Counted from the first letter of the stretch, positions 11,444-22,262 are shown. The stretch: 64,000 nt of DNA from an uncultured Actinomycetota bacterium (GCA_963762535.1 CAVXKX010000006.1:66638-130637), one strand, 5' to 3'. Notes: a model not told the origin generated them from the letters alone. Program-made: numbers and translations.

Positions 11444-12496
11444 TCAGGCGCGCACCGGGTCGCGTTTACCGCTGACCGCCGTCACCTCGTCGATGACGTT
11501 GTGGATGAACTTCATCTTCTCCAGCACGGCGACCGGCAGCACGAACGGGTAGAGGTCGTCGTGGCCCATCGACCGGTTCACCATGTTGAGCGACCATGAC
11601 ACCGGCAGCCACATGTCGATGATGGTGGCAAAAGAGCTGGGGCCCAGTACCGGTCGGTCGAACGTTGCCGTCGCCGGCGCGAAGCCCGACCAGGCCGCGG
11701 TGTCGAGGGTGTCCCGGATGTGCAGGTAGTGCGCGAATGTCTCGGCCCAGTCCTCGGCCGGATGCATGGTCGCATACGACGACACGTAATGCTTCTGCCA
11801 ACCGTCGGGTGCACCCTGGCTGTAATGCCGGTCCAGCGCTTCCTGATAGTCGGCATTCGCGTCACCGAACAACGCGGTGAACTGGTCCACATACTCGGCG
11901 GACGGCGTGATCAGCCGGTAGTAGTAGTAGTGCCCGATCTCGTGGCGGAAGTGGCCCAGCAGAGTGCGGTACGGCTCGTCCATCTCCACCCGCAACTGCT
12001 CGCGGTGCACGTCGTCACCCTCCGCCAGATCGATGGTGATGACCCCGTTTTCGTGTCCGGTCATCACCTTCTCGTGCGCGCTGGACAGCAGCCGAAAAGC
12101 CAACCCGTAGTCGGGATCCTCAAGACGTCCGACGATCGGCAACTTCAGTTCGTGCAGTTCGACGACGAGCCGACGCTTGGCCGCCTCGGCCCTGGCGAAC
12201 TCGGCAAGGCCCGCCGGGTCGGCATCGTTGGGCCGCTCGATGGTCAGCTGGCAGGACTCGCAGAGCCGGCCGGGATTGCGGGGCACCAGCCAATTGCATT
12301 CGGCGACATAGCGGTTGGCGCACAGGTCGTAATCACTGGCGCTGACGAAGCCGGCGCGGTCGGCGTCCTGACCGGTCGTGATCACCAGCAGGGCCATCTC
12401 GGCGAGCGAGAATCCCAGCGCGCTGCCGCACGCCAGACATGCCGAGTTCTCGAAGGTCAGTCGCTGACCGCAATTGGGACAATGGAAGTCACGCAT
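11444..12496 (-). CDS. Putative zinc-binding metallopeptidase with N-terminal Zn ribbon, Rv2568c ortholog
   Basis: MRDFHCPNCG..FENSACLACG Cys motifs, HFRHEIGH (HExxH) and YATMHPAEDWAETFAHYLH. Confidence 0.9.
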   Translation of the reverse strand: MRDFHCPNCGQRLTFENSACLACGSALGFSLAEMALLVITTGQDADRAGFVSASDYDLCANRYVAECNWLVPRNPGRLCESCQLTIERPNDADPAGLAEFARAEAAKRRLVVELHELKLPIVGRLEDPDYGLAFRLLSSAHEKVMTGHENGVITIDLAEGDDVHREQLRVEMDEPYRTLLGHFRHEIGHYYYYRLITPSAEYVDQFTALFGDANADYQEALDRHYSQGAPDGWQKHYVSSYATMHPAEDWAETFAHYLHIRDTLDTAAWSGFAPATATFDRPVLGPSSFATIIDMWLPVSWSLNMVNRSMGHDDLYPFVLPVAVLEKMKFIHNVIDEVTAVSGKRDPVRA

Positions 12497-13457
12497 ACAA
12501 CTCGTCACCTTCGTAGGGCACGACATCGACCGCGACGTCGATCACGCTGTTCTTGGCGTTGGTGTAGATGATGCCCCGCAACGGCGGCACGTCGGCGTAG
12601 TCGCGACCGCGCCCGACGATGACGTACCGCTCGTCGACCATCTGGTCGTTGGTGGGATCGAGTCCGAGCCATTCGAATTGGCCCGGCGGCTGCGGCGTCC
12701 ACACCGCCGCCCAGGCGTGGGTCGCGTCGATACCGATCATGCGCTCCTTTCCCGGCGGCGGGTCGGTGGCCAGATATCCGGACACGTAGCTGGCGGCCAG
12801 ACCGTGTGCGCGCAAGCAGGCGATCGCCAGCCGCGCGAAGTCCTGACATACCCCTTCCCGCGCCCGCAGAACCTGATTGACACCGGTGGACACCGTGGTC
12901 GAGCCCGAGCGATAGGTGAAGTCCGCATAAATCCGCGAGGTCAGGTCACGCAGCACCTCAGCCAGCGGCCGTCCCGGCGCGAAGCTGGGTGCGGCGTACT
13001 CGCGGACGTCGTCGGTGATCTCCGGCGGGTTCAGGTCGAGGGCGAACTCGGTCGCCAGCGCTCCCCGCACGCCCACCGGACGGGCCAGCTCCCACGGCGC
13101 CAGCGCCGGTCCGGCTCCCCACCGCTCCGGCGGTGACGGGTACACCTCGACGACCGACTCGCTGGTGACCGTCAGCGTCTGATGCGGCTCGGTGACATGG
13201 AAATACGAGCTGACGTTCCCGTAGGTGTCCGGGCTCGTCGAGCTGTCCGCGGGGGGTGGCGAGATCCGCAGCTGGTGAAAAAGGCAGCGCTGTCGCGACA
13301 AATCTCGCGGAGTGAGAAACCCGCGACCGTAGGAACTGGTCACCACGTCTGAGTAGCGGTATTCGGTGCGGTGGGTGATCCGGTAGCGGGCGCCCGGGCC
13401 CGACGGGTGCTGATCCGGTGACTGTGCTGGATCGCCGGCAGGGCTCAACGACGTCAC
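12489..13457 (-). CDS. Transglutaminase family protein, Rv2569c ortholog
   Basis: YRITHRTEYRY N-domain, then GVCQDFA, ATHAWAAVW and LDPTN. The GTG start at 13457 was chosen by homology. Confidence 0.9.
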   Translation of the reverse strand: MTSLSPAGDPAQSPDQHPSGPGARYRITHRTEYRYSDVVTSSYGRGFLTPRDLSRQRCLFHQLRISPPPADSSTSPDTYGNVSSYFHVTEPHQTLTVTSESVVEVYPSPPERWGAGPALAPWELARPVGVRGALATEFALDLNPPEITDDVREYAAPSFAPGRPLAEVLRDLTSRIYADFTYRSGSTTVSTGVNQVLRAREGVCQDFARLAIACLRAHGLAASYVSGYLATDPPPGKERMIGIDATHAWAAVWTPQPPGQFEWLGLDPTNDQMVDERYVIVGRGRDYADVPPLRGIIYTNAKNSVIDVAVDVVPYEGDELYA

Positions 13458-13544
13458 GCTCCAACAGTAGTGAGGCGCAGGGCCATGCGCAGCGGGGCAG
13501 TCTGATCGGCCCCATCGCGAGTGCGCCCGGTAGCACAATGGGTC

Positions 13545-13934
13545 ATGGCCACCTGGGACGACGTCGCCGGCGTCGTCGGAGAGCTGCAACTCACCAAGGA
13601 GTCGTCGCCGCACGAATGGCGGGTCGGCAAGAAGCTGATCGCCTGGGAGCGGCCGCTGCGCACGTCGGATCACGACGCGCTGAGCGCACTCGGGGTCGAG
13701 CCGCCGCAGGGTGACATTCTCGCGGTGCGGGTGGCCGACGAGGGGGTCAAGTTCGCGCTGATCGCCGACGAACCCGATCTGTACTTCACCACCCCGCACT
13801 TTGACGGCTATCCGGCGGTGCTGGTCAGGCTCGCGGCGATCGACGAGCGTGGGCTCAGGGAGCTGATCGTCGAAGCCTGGCTCACACAGGCGCCAAAACG
13901 CCTGGTCCAAGAGTTTTTCGGGGAAGCACGTTAA
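13545..13934 (+). CDS. MmcQ/YjbR family protein, Rv2570 ortholog
   Basis: MATWDDV...FTTPHFDGYPAVLVRL...LIVEAWLTQAP. Confidence 0.85.
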   Translation: MATWDDVAGVVGELQLTKESSPHEWRVGKKLIAWERPLRTSDHDALSALGVEPPQGDILAVRVADEGVKFALIADEPDLYFTTPHFDGYPAVLVRLAAIDERGLRELIVEAWLTQAPKRLVQEFFGEAR

Positions 13935-13939
13935 CCAGC

Positions 13940-14177
13940 GAGTTCACATCTCCTGTCACTTAAGTAACAGCAGCATCACAGGCCACTCTAATTAACTCCA
14001 TCACGACAAGATAACTAGATTCACATATAACACACTAGTTATAAACCGCCCCAATAGACCCACTAATTAACTTGAATTATCACCAGCAACAGAAAACGCT
14101 TCTTAAACAATTATCTCACTAAATTGCTAATGTCCCACGCATTGACTCTTTTCCCGCGTGTTTGTTAGAAGTGTTAA
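13940..14177. promoter_or_regulatory. AT-rich intergenic region upstream of the rpf gene, with one inverted and one direct repeat
   Basis: ATAACTAG-N16-CTAGTTAT (14011-14042). CTAATTAACT occurs at 13988-13997 and 14063-14072. Visibly far more AT-rich than the flanks. Confidence 0.55.
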
Positions 14178-14606
<429 letters not shown>

Positions 14607-14706
14607 GCCGTTCACCGGCCGGGTAACCACCCTGTGATCGGTGCCGTGATAGGCCCGTGACCGTGCCCTTTCCCGGGCCGGTTGACGGTCTAACTATCCG
14701 GCTGGG

Positions 14707-15144
14707 CTAACTGGCCGGCTGCAGCTCGAATACCGGGATGACCCTGGTGGTTTTGGCCTGATACTCGGCGAACACCGGCGCCAACGCGGTCAGCTTCCGG
14801 AACAGGTCATCGCGTTCGGCCGCAGATAGTTCCCGAGCGGTCACATCCGAGGAATCGTTACCGACCTCGATGTGCGCCGACGGGTTGGCACGAAGGTTGT
14901 GCACCCAGCCCGGGTTCACGTCAGCACCCGCGAAGGACCCGACGATCAGCAGCTTGCCGTCGACGCGGAAGTAGGCCAGCGGCGACAGTCGTGGCTGACC
15001 CGACTTTGCGCCCGTCGTGGTCAGCAGGAGCAGGTTGGCACCCTCGAACTGGCCGCCGACCTTTCCGCCATTGGCGCGGAACTCCTCGGCGATGCTCTGG
15101 TTGAACGCTGTGATCGTTGCGGTGTCAGGAAATTCTTGAGCCAT
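14707..15144 (-). CDS. F420H2-dependent (deazaflavin) nitroreductase/oxidoreductase, Ddn/DUF385 family
   Basis: LLLTTTGAKSGQPRLSPL, PGWVHNLRANP and YQAKTTRVIPVFEL. Confidence 0.9.
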   Translation of the reverse strand: MAQEFPDTATITAFNQSIAEEFRANGGKVGGQFEGANLLLLTTTGAKSGQPRLSPLAYFRVDGKLLIVGSFAGADVNPGWVHNLRANPSAHIEVGNDSSDVTARELSAAERDDLFRKLTALAPVFAEYQAKTTRVIPVFELQPAS

Positions 15145-15172
15145 GACCGGTCAACCCAGCCGATGCCGGGGT

Positions 15173-16966
15173 CTATTCCGGTTCGACAGGCTTGCGGCCG
15201 CGCGTCTCGCCGGGCTTCACGTCGATGCCCGATTCCTTGCGCTGTTGCGCGGTGATCGGCGCGGGTGCATCGGTCAGCGGGTCGACGCCGCCGCCGGACT
15301 TGGGGAACGCGATCACCTCACGAATGGAGTCAGCGCCGCAGAGCAGCTGGACGATCCGGTCCCAGCCGAACGCGATCCCGCCGTGCGGCGGGGCGCCGAA
15401 GGTGAACGCGTCCAACAGGAATCCGAATTTTTCCTGCGCCTCGGCGGCGCCGATGCCCATCATCGCGAACACACGTTCCTGTACGTCGCGGCGGTGGATA
15501 CGAATAGAGCCGCCGCCGATCTCGTTGCCGTTGCAGACGATGTCGTAGGCGTCAGCGAGTGCGTTAGCGGGATCGCTGTCAAAGGTGCCTTCCGACTCGG
15601 GCTTGGGTGAGGTGAACGCGTGGTGCACCGCGGTCCACGCCCCGGTGCCCAGCGCGACATCGCCCGCTGCGGTGGCCTCGTCGGCCGGCTCGAACAGCGG
15701 AAAGTCCACCACCCAGGTGAACGCCCAGGCATTCGGATCGATCAGGTTGAGCCGATGCGCGATCTCGACGCGGGCGGCGCCGAGCAGCGCGCGCGACGAT
15801 TTCGCCGGCCCCGCCGAGAAGAAGATGCAGTCGCCTGGCGCGGCGCCGACATGCGCGGCCAGACCGTCACGCTCGGCGTCCGAGAGGTTTTTGGCCACCG
15901 GACCGCCCAGCGTGCCGTCGTCGGCGACCAGCACGTACGCCAGTCCTTTGTGGCCGCGCTGTTTGGCCCACTCCTGCCAGCCGTCCAACGTCCGACGCGG
16001 CTGCGACGCCCCACCCGACATCACCACCGCCCCGACGTAGGGTGCCTGGAACACCCGGAAGGTGGTGTCGGAGAAGAACTCTGTGCATTCGACAAGCTCC
16101 AGCCCGAACCGCAGGTCCGGCCGGTCCGAGCCGAACCGTCGCATCGCGTCGGCGTAGCTGATTCGCGGCACCGGAGTGGGGAGGTCGTAACCGATCAGTG
16201 CCCACACCGCTTTGAGAACTTGTTCCGCGGTGGCGATGACGTCGTCGGCTTCAACAAAGCTCATCTCCATGTCGAGCTGGGTGAACTCCGGCTGACGGTC
16301 GGCGCGGAAATCCTCGTCGCGATAGCAGCGGGCGATCTGGTAGTACCGCTCCATGCCGGCCACCATCAGCAACTGCTTGAACAGCTGCGGGCTCTGCGGC
16401 AGGGCATAAAAGGAGCCGGGCTGCAACCGGGCGGGCACCAGAAAGTCGCGCGCGCCTTCCGGTGTCGAACGCGTCATCGTCGGAGTCTCGATCTCGACGA
16501 AGTCATTGGCTGACAGCACGCCACGTGCCGCGGCATTCACCTTGGAGCGCAACCGAATTGCGTTGCCAGGACCTTCGCGTCGTAGATCCAGGTAGCGGTA
16601 GCGTAACCGGATTTCCTCGCCCGCAGGCTCGTCGAGCTGGAACGGCAGCGGCGCGCACTCCCCCAGCACGGTCAGCGACGTCGCGTTGACCTCGATCTCG
16701 CCGGTCGCGATCTCCGCGTTCGCGTTGCCCTCCGGGCGGATCTCGACAACGCCTTCGACGGCCACGCAGAACTCGGCGCGTAGCCGGTGGGCCTGGTCCA
16801 GCACGTCGGCGGCGCGGAACACCACCTGAGACACACCCGATGCGTCGCGCAGATCGATGAAGATCACCCCGCCGTGGTCGCGCCGGCGCGCTACCCAGCC
16901 GGCCAGCGTCACCTGCTGCCCGGCGTCGGTGGCCCGCAATGAACCCGCGGCGTGACTGCGCAGCAC
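15173..16966 (-). CDS. aspS: Aspartate--tRNA ligase
   Basis: [54 protein letters not shown] and [15 protein letters not shown] start with a GAGGAG SD. Confidence 0.97.
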   Translation of the reverse strand: MLRSHAAGSLRATDAGQQVTLAGWVARRRDHGGVIFIDLRDASGVSQVVFRAADVLDQAHRLRAEFCVAVEGVVEIRPEGNANAEIATGEIEVNATSLTVLGECAPLPFQLDEPAGEEIRLRYRYLDLRREGPGNAIRLRSKVNAAARGVLSANDFVEIETPTMTRSTPEGARDFLVPARLQPGSFYALPQSPQLFKQLLMVAGMERYYQIARCYRDEDFRADRQPEFTQLDMEMSFVEADDVIATAEQVLKAVWALIGYDLPTPVPRISYADAMRRFGSDRPDLRFGLELVECTEFFSDTTFRVFQAPYVGAVVMSGGASQPRRTLDGWQEWAKQRGHKGLAYVLVADDGTLGGPVAKNLSDAERDGLAAHVGAAPGDCIFFSAGPAKSSRALLGAARVEIAHRLNLIDPNAWAFTWVVDFPLFEPADEATAAGDVALGTGAWTAVHHAFTSPKPESEGTFDSDPANALADAYDIVCNGNEIGGGSIRIHRRDVQERVFAMMGIGAAEAQEKFGFLLDAFTFGAPPHGGIAFGWDRIVQLLCGADSIREVIAFPKSGGGVDPLTDAPAPITAQQRKESGIDVKPGETRGRKPVEPE

Positions 16967-17031
16967 AAATACTCCTCGCGAAAGGTGGAAACGACAGCCC
17001 AGTCTATGAGGCGGTAATTTCAAGGACGGTC

Positions 17032-17925
17032 ATGGATGTCATTGACGAGGTAGCAGTTGTCGGTCCGGGTGCCGTCGGCACGACGGTCGCCGCATACCTT
17101 TCCGCCGCCGGGCACCCGGTACGGGTCTGCGGGCGGACCCCGCGATCGCAGATCGAGCTTCGGCCCGACGGTGCCGATCGCATCACGGTGCCGGGGCCGG
17201 TGTGCACCGACCCCGCCGAGATCACCGGCCCGGTGAGCATCGTGCTGCTGGCGGTCAAGGCGACCCAGAACGCCGACGCGGCGCGTTGGCTGGCCCGGTT
17301 GTGCGCCGAGGACACCATCGTGGTCGTCTTGCAGAACGGCGTCGAACAGGTCGAGCAGGTGCAGCCGCTCTGCCCGATGTCCACCGTCGTCCCCGGCATC
17401 GTCTGGTTTTCGGCCGAGACACAGCCGCAGGGTTGGGTGCGACTGCGCGGCGAAGCACGGCTGGTTTTGCCGACCGGGCCGGCCGCGACAGCCTTTGCCG
17501 ACCTGTGGCGCGCCGCCGGCGGCACCGCCGACTGCGACCCCGACTTCGTCACCGCTGCGTGGCGCAAGCTGCTGGTCAACGCGGTGGCCGGCCTCATGGT
17601 GCTGACCGGCCGGCGATCCGGAATGTTTCGCCGCGACGATCTCGCGGAGCTCGCCCGCCGGTACGCCGGCGAATGTCTTGAGGTCGCTCGTTGCGAAGGC
17701 GCCCAGTTGGCCGATGACGTCGCGGCCGGCACGGTGGAGATGTTCAGCGCGGCGCCCACCGACATGGGTACCTCGATGCTCGCCGACCGTGAGGCCGGTC
17801 GCGCGCAGGAGTGGGACATCCGCAACGGCGTGATCATCCGCAAGGCGCGCGCCCACGGCATGGCGACGCCGATCAGCGACATCCTGGTGCCGCTACTGGC
17901 GGCGGCCAGTGACGGTCCGGGTTAG
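17032..17925 (+). CDS. panE: 2-dehydropantoate 2-reductase (PanE/ApbA family), Rv2573 ortholog
   Basis: VVGPGAVG Rossmann motif, LLAVKA, LQNGV, WRKLLVN and SMLADREAGRAQEWD. Confidence 0.85.
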   Translation: MDVIDEVAVVGPGAVGTTVAAYLSAAGHPVRVCGRTPRSQIELRPDGADRITVPGPVCTDPAEITGPVSIVLLAVKATQNADAARWLARLCAEDTIVVVLQNGVEQVEQVQPLCPMSTVVPGIVWFSAETQPQGWVRLRGEARLVLPTGPAATAFADLWRAAGGTADCDPDFVTAAWRKLLVNAVAGLMVLTGRRSGMFRRDDLAELARRYAGECLEVARCEGAQLADDVAAGTVEMFSAAPTDMGTSMLADREAGRAQEWDIRNGVIIRKARAHGMATPISDILVPLLAAASDGPG

Positions 17926-17944
17926 CGGGTGAGGCTGGGCACGG

Positions 17945-18460
17945 TCACAGCCCCAGGCCGGCTGCTGTCCCGACGATGAACAGCTCGGGGACGACGACAT
18001 CGAGGTACTCATAGCCGACGAGGTAGGAATCCACCGCCCCGACGATGTGACCACCGGCCAAATCGAGTGCGGCGGTGTGTAAGTCACCCTCACCGATCAG
18101 TGCGAGAGCGGGCGCGACGATGAGTGCGTCGTTGAAGTCCGCGGGCGCGGGAATCGTCCAACTCAGCGCGGAGTCGACCGGCTCGCCGGTCAGCCCGGCC
18201 AGCGACCCCTGGACGAAATTGTTCGGCACGGAGAGCAGGAGGTCGTCGACACCGCCGTAGAAGGTGGCCAGACCGTCGGCCACATCACCGTTGGCGAAAT
18301 CCGCGTTGGCGAGCGTGAACGCCTCCTGGCCGAGGGCAAAGTCGCCCTGCACCGCCGCGAGCAGATCGGTGACGGGATCATCGGCGCGGGCTACCGGCGC
18401 GGTGGCCGTTGTCGTCATTGCCGCCGCGACAAACGCACCAAGGACTGCAGCCAACTGCAT
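17945..18460 (-). CDS. Hypothetical secreted acidic protein
   Basis: Signal-like N-terminus ending ARA-DD, followed by an Asp/Ala/Leu-rich mature part. No family recognised. Confidence 0.7.
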   Translation of the reverse strand: MQLAAVLGAFVAAAMTTTATAPVARADDPVTDLLAAVQGDFALGQEAFTLANADFANGDVADGLATFYGGVDDLLLSVPNNFVQGSLAGLTGEPVDSALSWTIPAPADFNDALIVAPALALIGEGDLHTAALDLAGGHIVGAVDSYLVGYEYLDVVVPELFIVGTAAGLGL

Positions 18461-18499
18461 CCCGCCTCGTGGCTTAGCCTTTCGGTTCTGGTGAACGAC

Positions 18500-20054
18500 C
18501 TACCAAAGACGTTGCCGAACCTCGCTGTTCGTGGAGTTCCGGTAACCTGCGCCGCACAACGACATTGGGCTCGCGACGACGTACATGCCGCCGAGCGGGG
18601 CCCCGCCCGCAAAGATCATGAACATGTCGTTGATCAGTCCTGCCGATGCGTCGAACGACGGCGGCATGCTGAAGTCACCGAAAGGGGTCACCAGCGTTTC
18701 CATGACGTAGTCCCCGCGGGTGTCGCCGAGGCGATGTCGGAGTAGAGGTTCTCGAAACCATTCCCGACGTTGACAATTTCGAATTCCGAACCCTTGGGTA
18801 TGGCCGCATCCGTCGAGCTGGTCACCAGAATAGTCTCGGTGGAGTCGACGAACTGGTCGAGCGTATTGGTGACGTCGGCGGTGAAGGTTCCCGCGGACGC
18901 ACCGTCGACCAGGACACTGAAGTCTTGACCGCCTTGAACACCGACGTCCACCGGCGGGAGGCCGTTGACACCGGTGACTCCCAGCTCAGTGGTGGGGTCG
19001 AAGGTCGTGCCATTCGGGAAGGCGATCGACGAATTGCTGAGATCTTCGGCCTTGGCGGCGTCGACAGTGACCGGGATGACGAAATTTCCGATCGGCGTCG
19101 CTAATGTCTCGCTGATCGTATTTGCGCCGCCGGTGGTAGAGACGACATCAGCGTAAATGCTGTCGTAGCCGAAGAAGTTGATCGTATTGAAGATCGAGCC
19201 GTCCCCGACGGAGCCGTCGGTCGGATGGAGACGTAGCCAGCACTGCCTGGGTGTAGGTGCCGGCGCCGTCGGTGGTGGTCGTGTCGACGGACTTGAAAGT
19301 GTCCGTGGCGTTGCCGTCGATGTCGAAGGTCTGAGTTCCCTGGAGAGCCACGGTCAACGGTGGAATACCGCTTATCGACCCGACTAACTCAGAGCCAACT
19401 GGATTTATGGTGTCACTGCCGATCCCGTCAGGAACACCTCCGGCGTCGGCCACCGAACCGTCGGCGGCATCAAACGTGGTGGGGATGGCGATGGTTCCGG
19501 TCGGCGTTTGCAATGTATCGGTGACGGTGGCAGTGCCATCGCCGTGGGGGATCGCCGAGTAGGTATTGGTATAGGTGCCGTATCCGAAGGAGTAGGTGTC
19601 GAACACCGAACCCACTGACGGACCGCCGGCACCTGTCACGCCGCCGGCGACGTAGACCTCGTTGTTGATGCCGCCGAGGCCGTCGTTCGAGTAGCTCTCG
19701 TAGCCGTGGAACGTGCCGCTATTGCTCGGCGTCACGTTGGCCCAGTCGAAGACCTGGTTGCCCTGGATGCTTCCCTCGACCGCCGGTGGTGCGGTGTCTG
19801 CCCCTTTGTAGCCGTGTCCGTAAATCCCGGTGATCGTTTCTACCGAATCGGGGTCCGGAGTGACGCTCCAATCGTCGGCGTGGGCGATAGCCAGCGGCAG
19901 GAACGCCAACCCGAGCAACCCACAGGCAGCCGCACCGATTCTGCCGGAACGTCGGCTCGATCGAGGTGGCCTGACTCGCGGCTGAGCGGAGCCGGAGCTC
20001 TGAAAGCGAAAGGCTCGCCAGTATTTCACGGTTCTCGATCGAATGCTTGCGCAT
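18500..20054 (-). CDS. Hypothetical secreted protein with three ~105-aa internal repeats (frameshifted; start and stop uncertain)
   Basis: Signal peptide RIGAAACGLLGLAFLPLAIAHA-DD. Three units of pattern PP.....QG.Q.F...G.F...T.D...GS.F......Y.....TL.TP.G...IP...DA, joined across frames near 19220 and 18720. Confidence 0.65.
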
Positions 20055-20079
20055 GTTGCCAATCCTTCGGTGCTGGTCG

Positions 20080-21199
20080 TTAGCCGGTCATGTCCGAGAG
20101 CCCGAATGCGTCGTAGATGAACCCGAGGTCTGCGCGAATCCGCTCTGGGGTGAGGCCGAACTGCGACGGCGAGTACCCGTGTCCGCTGGTGTAACTGCGC
20201 TGCCGTGCTGCCTGCTCGCGGACTTCGTCGACAAAGGCCTCTGTCGGCTTGATCTCGACGAAGTCGAGGATCCGCTCGATCGTCGGTTCGAGGTCGTTGA
20301 TCAGATCCTCGTAGCGCACGATGCACAGGTTGTGTTCGGGGATCTCGCCGGCCGAATATGCGTCGTAGAAGTAGCGCAGCATGTCGCAGGAAGCCTGGTA
20401 GAGATTTTCCACCCACCGCCGCTGGTCTTCTTCCTTCGTGCGGTTCCACACGTCGTACCCGTTCTCGAGCACGCTGGCCAACAACGACATTCCCGACGGG
20501 ATGACCTCGACCGGATCGCGGATGACGTAGACCAGTTTGCAATCCGGGTACCGCCGCAGCACCGCGTCAAGACGCATGATGAGCATGCTGGTCTTGGCCA
20601 ACACGCGGTCGGCGCACTTGATCGTCAGGTTCCGTCGCCAGCATGCGTCGTAATAGTTGAAGAAGCGTGTCTTCCTCGCGCGGCGTCACGCCGTCGATCG
20701 CGAATTCGCGCCGTGACAAGCCACTTCCCCAAGTGTCTTGCCAAGCAAGGAAATACGCCCACGCGAAGGGGCCGTCCATGGTCCGGAAGAACCAGGCTAC
20801 GTCGTCGGTCTCGATACCGCGCAGGCTGGTTTCGTGCACATCGGACGGGTGGTAGCGGGCCGGTGACAGCTTGTCCAGTCGTGGGCACGATACCGCCGAG
20901 CAGTTTGCGCGCGGTGATAGCGGGGAACATCATCTCCCACAGCTCGAGAGCGGCCATGTCGCCGGCTCCGAGAAGCAGCCGGTGCAGGAACGTGGTACCG
21001 CTGCGCGGGTTACCGATGATGAAGATCGGCCGGTCGATCGCATGCTTGCGGTGACCCGGGTAGAACACGTGGTCCAGCCCGAGAGTGGTCGCCGAAATCA
21101 CTTGGCGCAACTGTAAAAGCACGAATGGCGCCCGAGTGGCCGGAACCATGACCCGAACGTCTGGCCGATCACCTTGTAGACGCGCAGATAACGCCCCAC
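20080..21199 (-). CDS. PAPS-dependent sulfotransferase (Sulfotransfer_3 / Stf-like), frameshifted in this sequence
   Basis: 5'-PSB loop PIFIIGNPRSGTTFLHRLL, 3'-PB YVIRDPVEVIPSGMS, and C-terminal IVRYEDLINDLEPTIERILDF. The GTG start at 21199 directly abuts the upstream TAG. Confidence 0.88.
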
Positions 21200-22262
21200 C
21201 TAGCTCTCCCACACGGCCGTAGCGCATACGATGGTGAAACCTGATGCGGCGCTGGCGATCACGATCTTATCCCCATTGTTGACGGTGCCGTGCTTCAGAC
21301 GGTGGTTGAGGGCGACCGCCCATGAGGTGCTGGCGCTGTTTCCATAGAGCGAGTGCGTGTGCACACGCGCTTCGGGCCGGGCACCGAGTGCATCGAAGAC
21401 CCGCTCCAGGATCGCCTGGCTCGGCTGGTGGAAGATGTAGTGGTCGACATCTTCGGCTGTCCATCCGGCATCGGCGAGGAGTCGCTGCACCTCCCCGGGC
21501 ACGTGAACAGCAAGTGCGAACAGCTCTTTCGAGCGCGAGATGAAGTGTCCGTCGATCGGTGCAGAGCACAGGTGATAGTGCTCGGCCAACGTCTTGTGCT
21601 GGAAGCCGAGCAGCCGGGCACCGCCGGCGGCCAGGGACTCTCGAGTCACCAGGAACGCCGCGGCGGCGTTACCCAGGGTCAGGCCGGCGGCAAAATTCGC
21701 GACGTCGTCGAGTGTTTGGAGGTCGTAGGTGACGCGGTCGCGCCAGAGTTCGCCGGCGCAGACCAGCGCGGTCTTGAGCTGGGGGTGCAGGGCGAAGTAA
21801 CCGGCGACGACGTGGATCGCCTCGACAAGTCCGGCGCATGCACACGTGACGTCGAACGCGTGCAGTGGTCGTGCGCCCAAGCGCCCCGCCACCTCGGCGG
21901 CGGTCGCGGGTTCGAAGTTCTCCCGGGCAATTCCCGCCGTAAACCAAAAGATCGACCTCGGACGCCGCGACGCCGTTGTCGAAAAGACAGGCGGTCGACG
22001 CGCGTGACGCGAACTCGCCAGGCGAGAGCGTCTGGTCCGGGTCGATGTAGCGGACCTGGGTCTTACATCGGTCCAGTACGTACTCGACGCCCTGGGCGAT
22101 CGCTCCCCATTCGGATTCCGGTCCGCGAAACGATTCCCGGACGCGTGCGAGCACCATCTCGTTGTCTACAGCCGAGTCCGGAATGACGACCGCGGGCCGC
22201 GAGAGATACATAGACGGAAGCTGAGAACTTTGGCTGGGTTTTTGAGACACGATGGCCCCCAT
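21200..22262 (-). CDS. OleA-like thiolase-fold condensing enzyme (KAS III superfamily); one +1 indel at the C3 run 21933-21935
   Basis: Removing one base joins the frames: VDLLVYGGIARENFEPATAAEVAGRLG...FDVTCAC (Cys) ...LTLGNAAAA...HQPS (His) ...GNSAS (Asn). Confidence 0.85.

Noticed and set aside
13940-14177. c-di-AMP (ydaO) riboswitch upstream of rpf
   Set aside because: The GC-rich paired elements and conserved motifs of ydaO could not be found. The region is AT-rich and poorly structured.
21200-22262. Type III PKS plus sulfotransferase, as in the caprazamycin Cpz6/Cpz8 sulfate shuttle
   Set aside because: The motifs are HQPS and GNSAS with LTLG, not the chalcone-synthase-type HPGG and GNMSS. 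The OleA-like assignment fits better.
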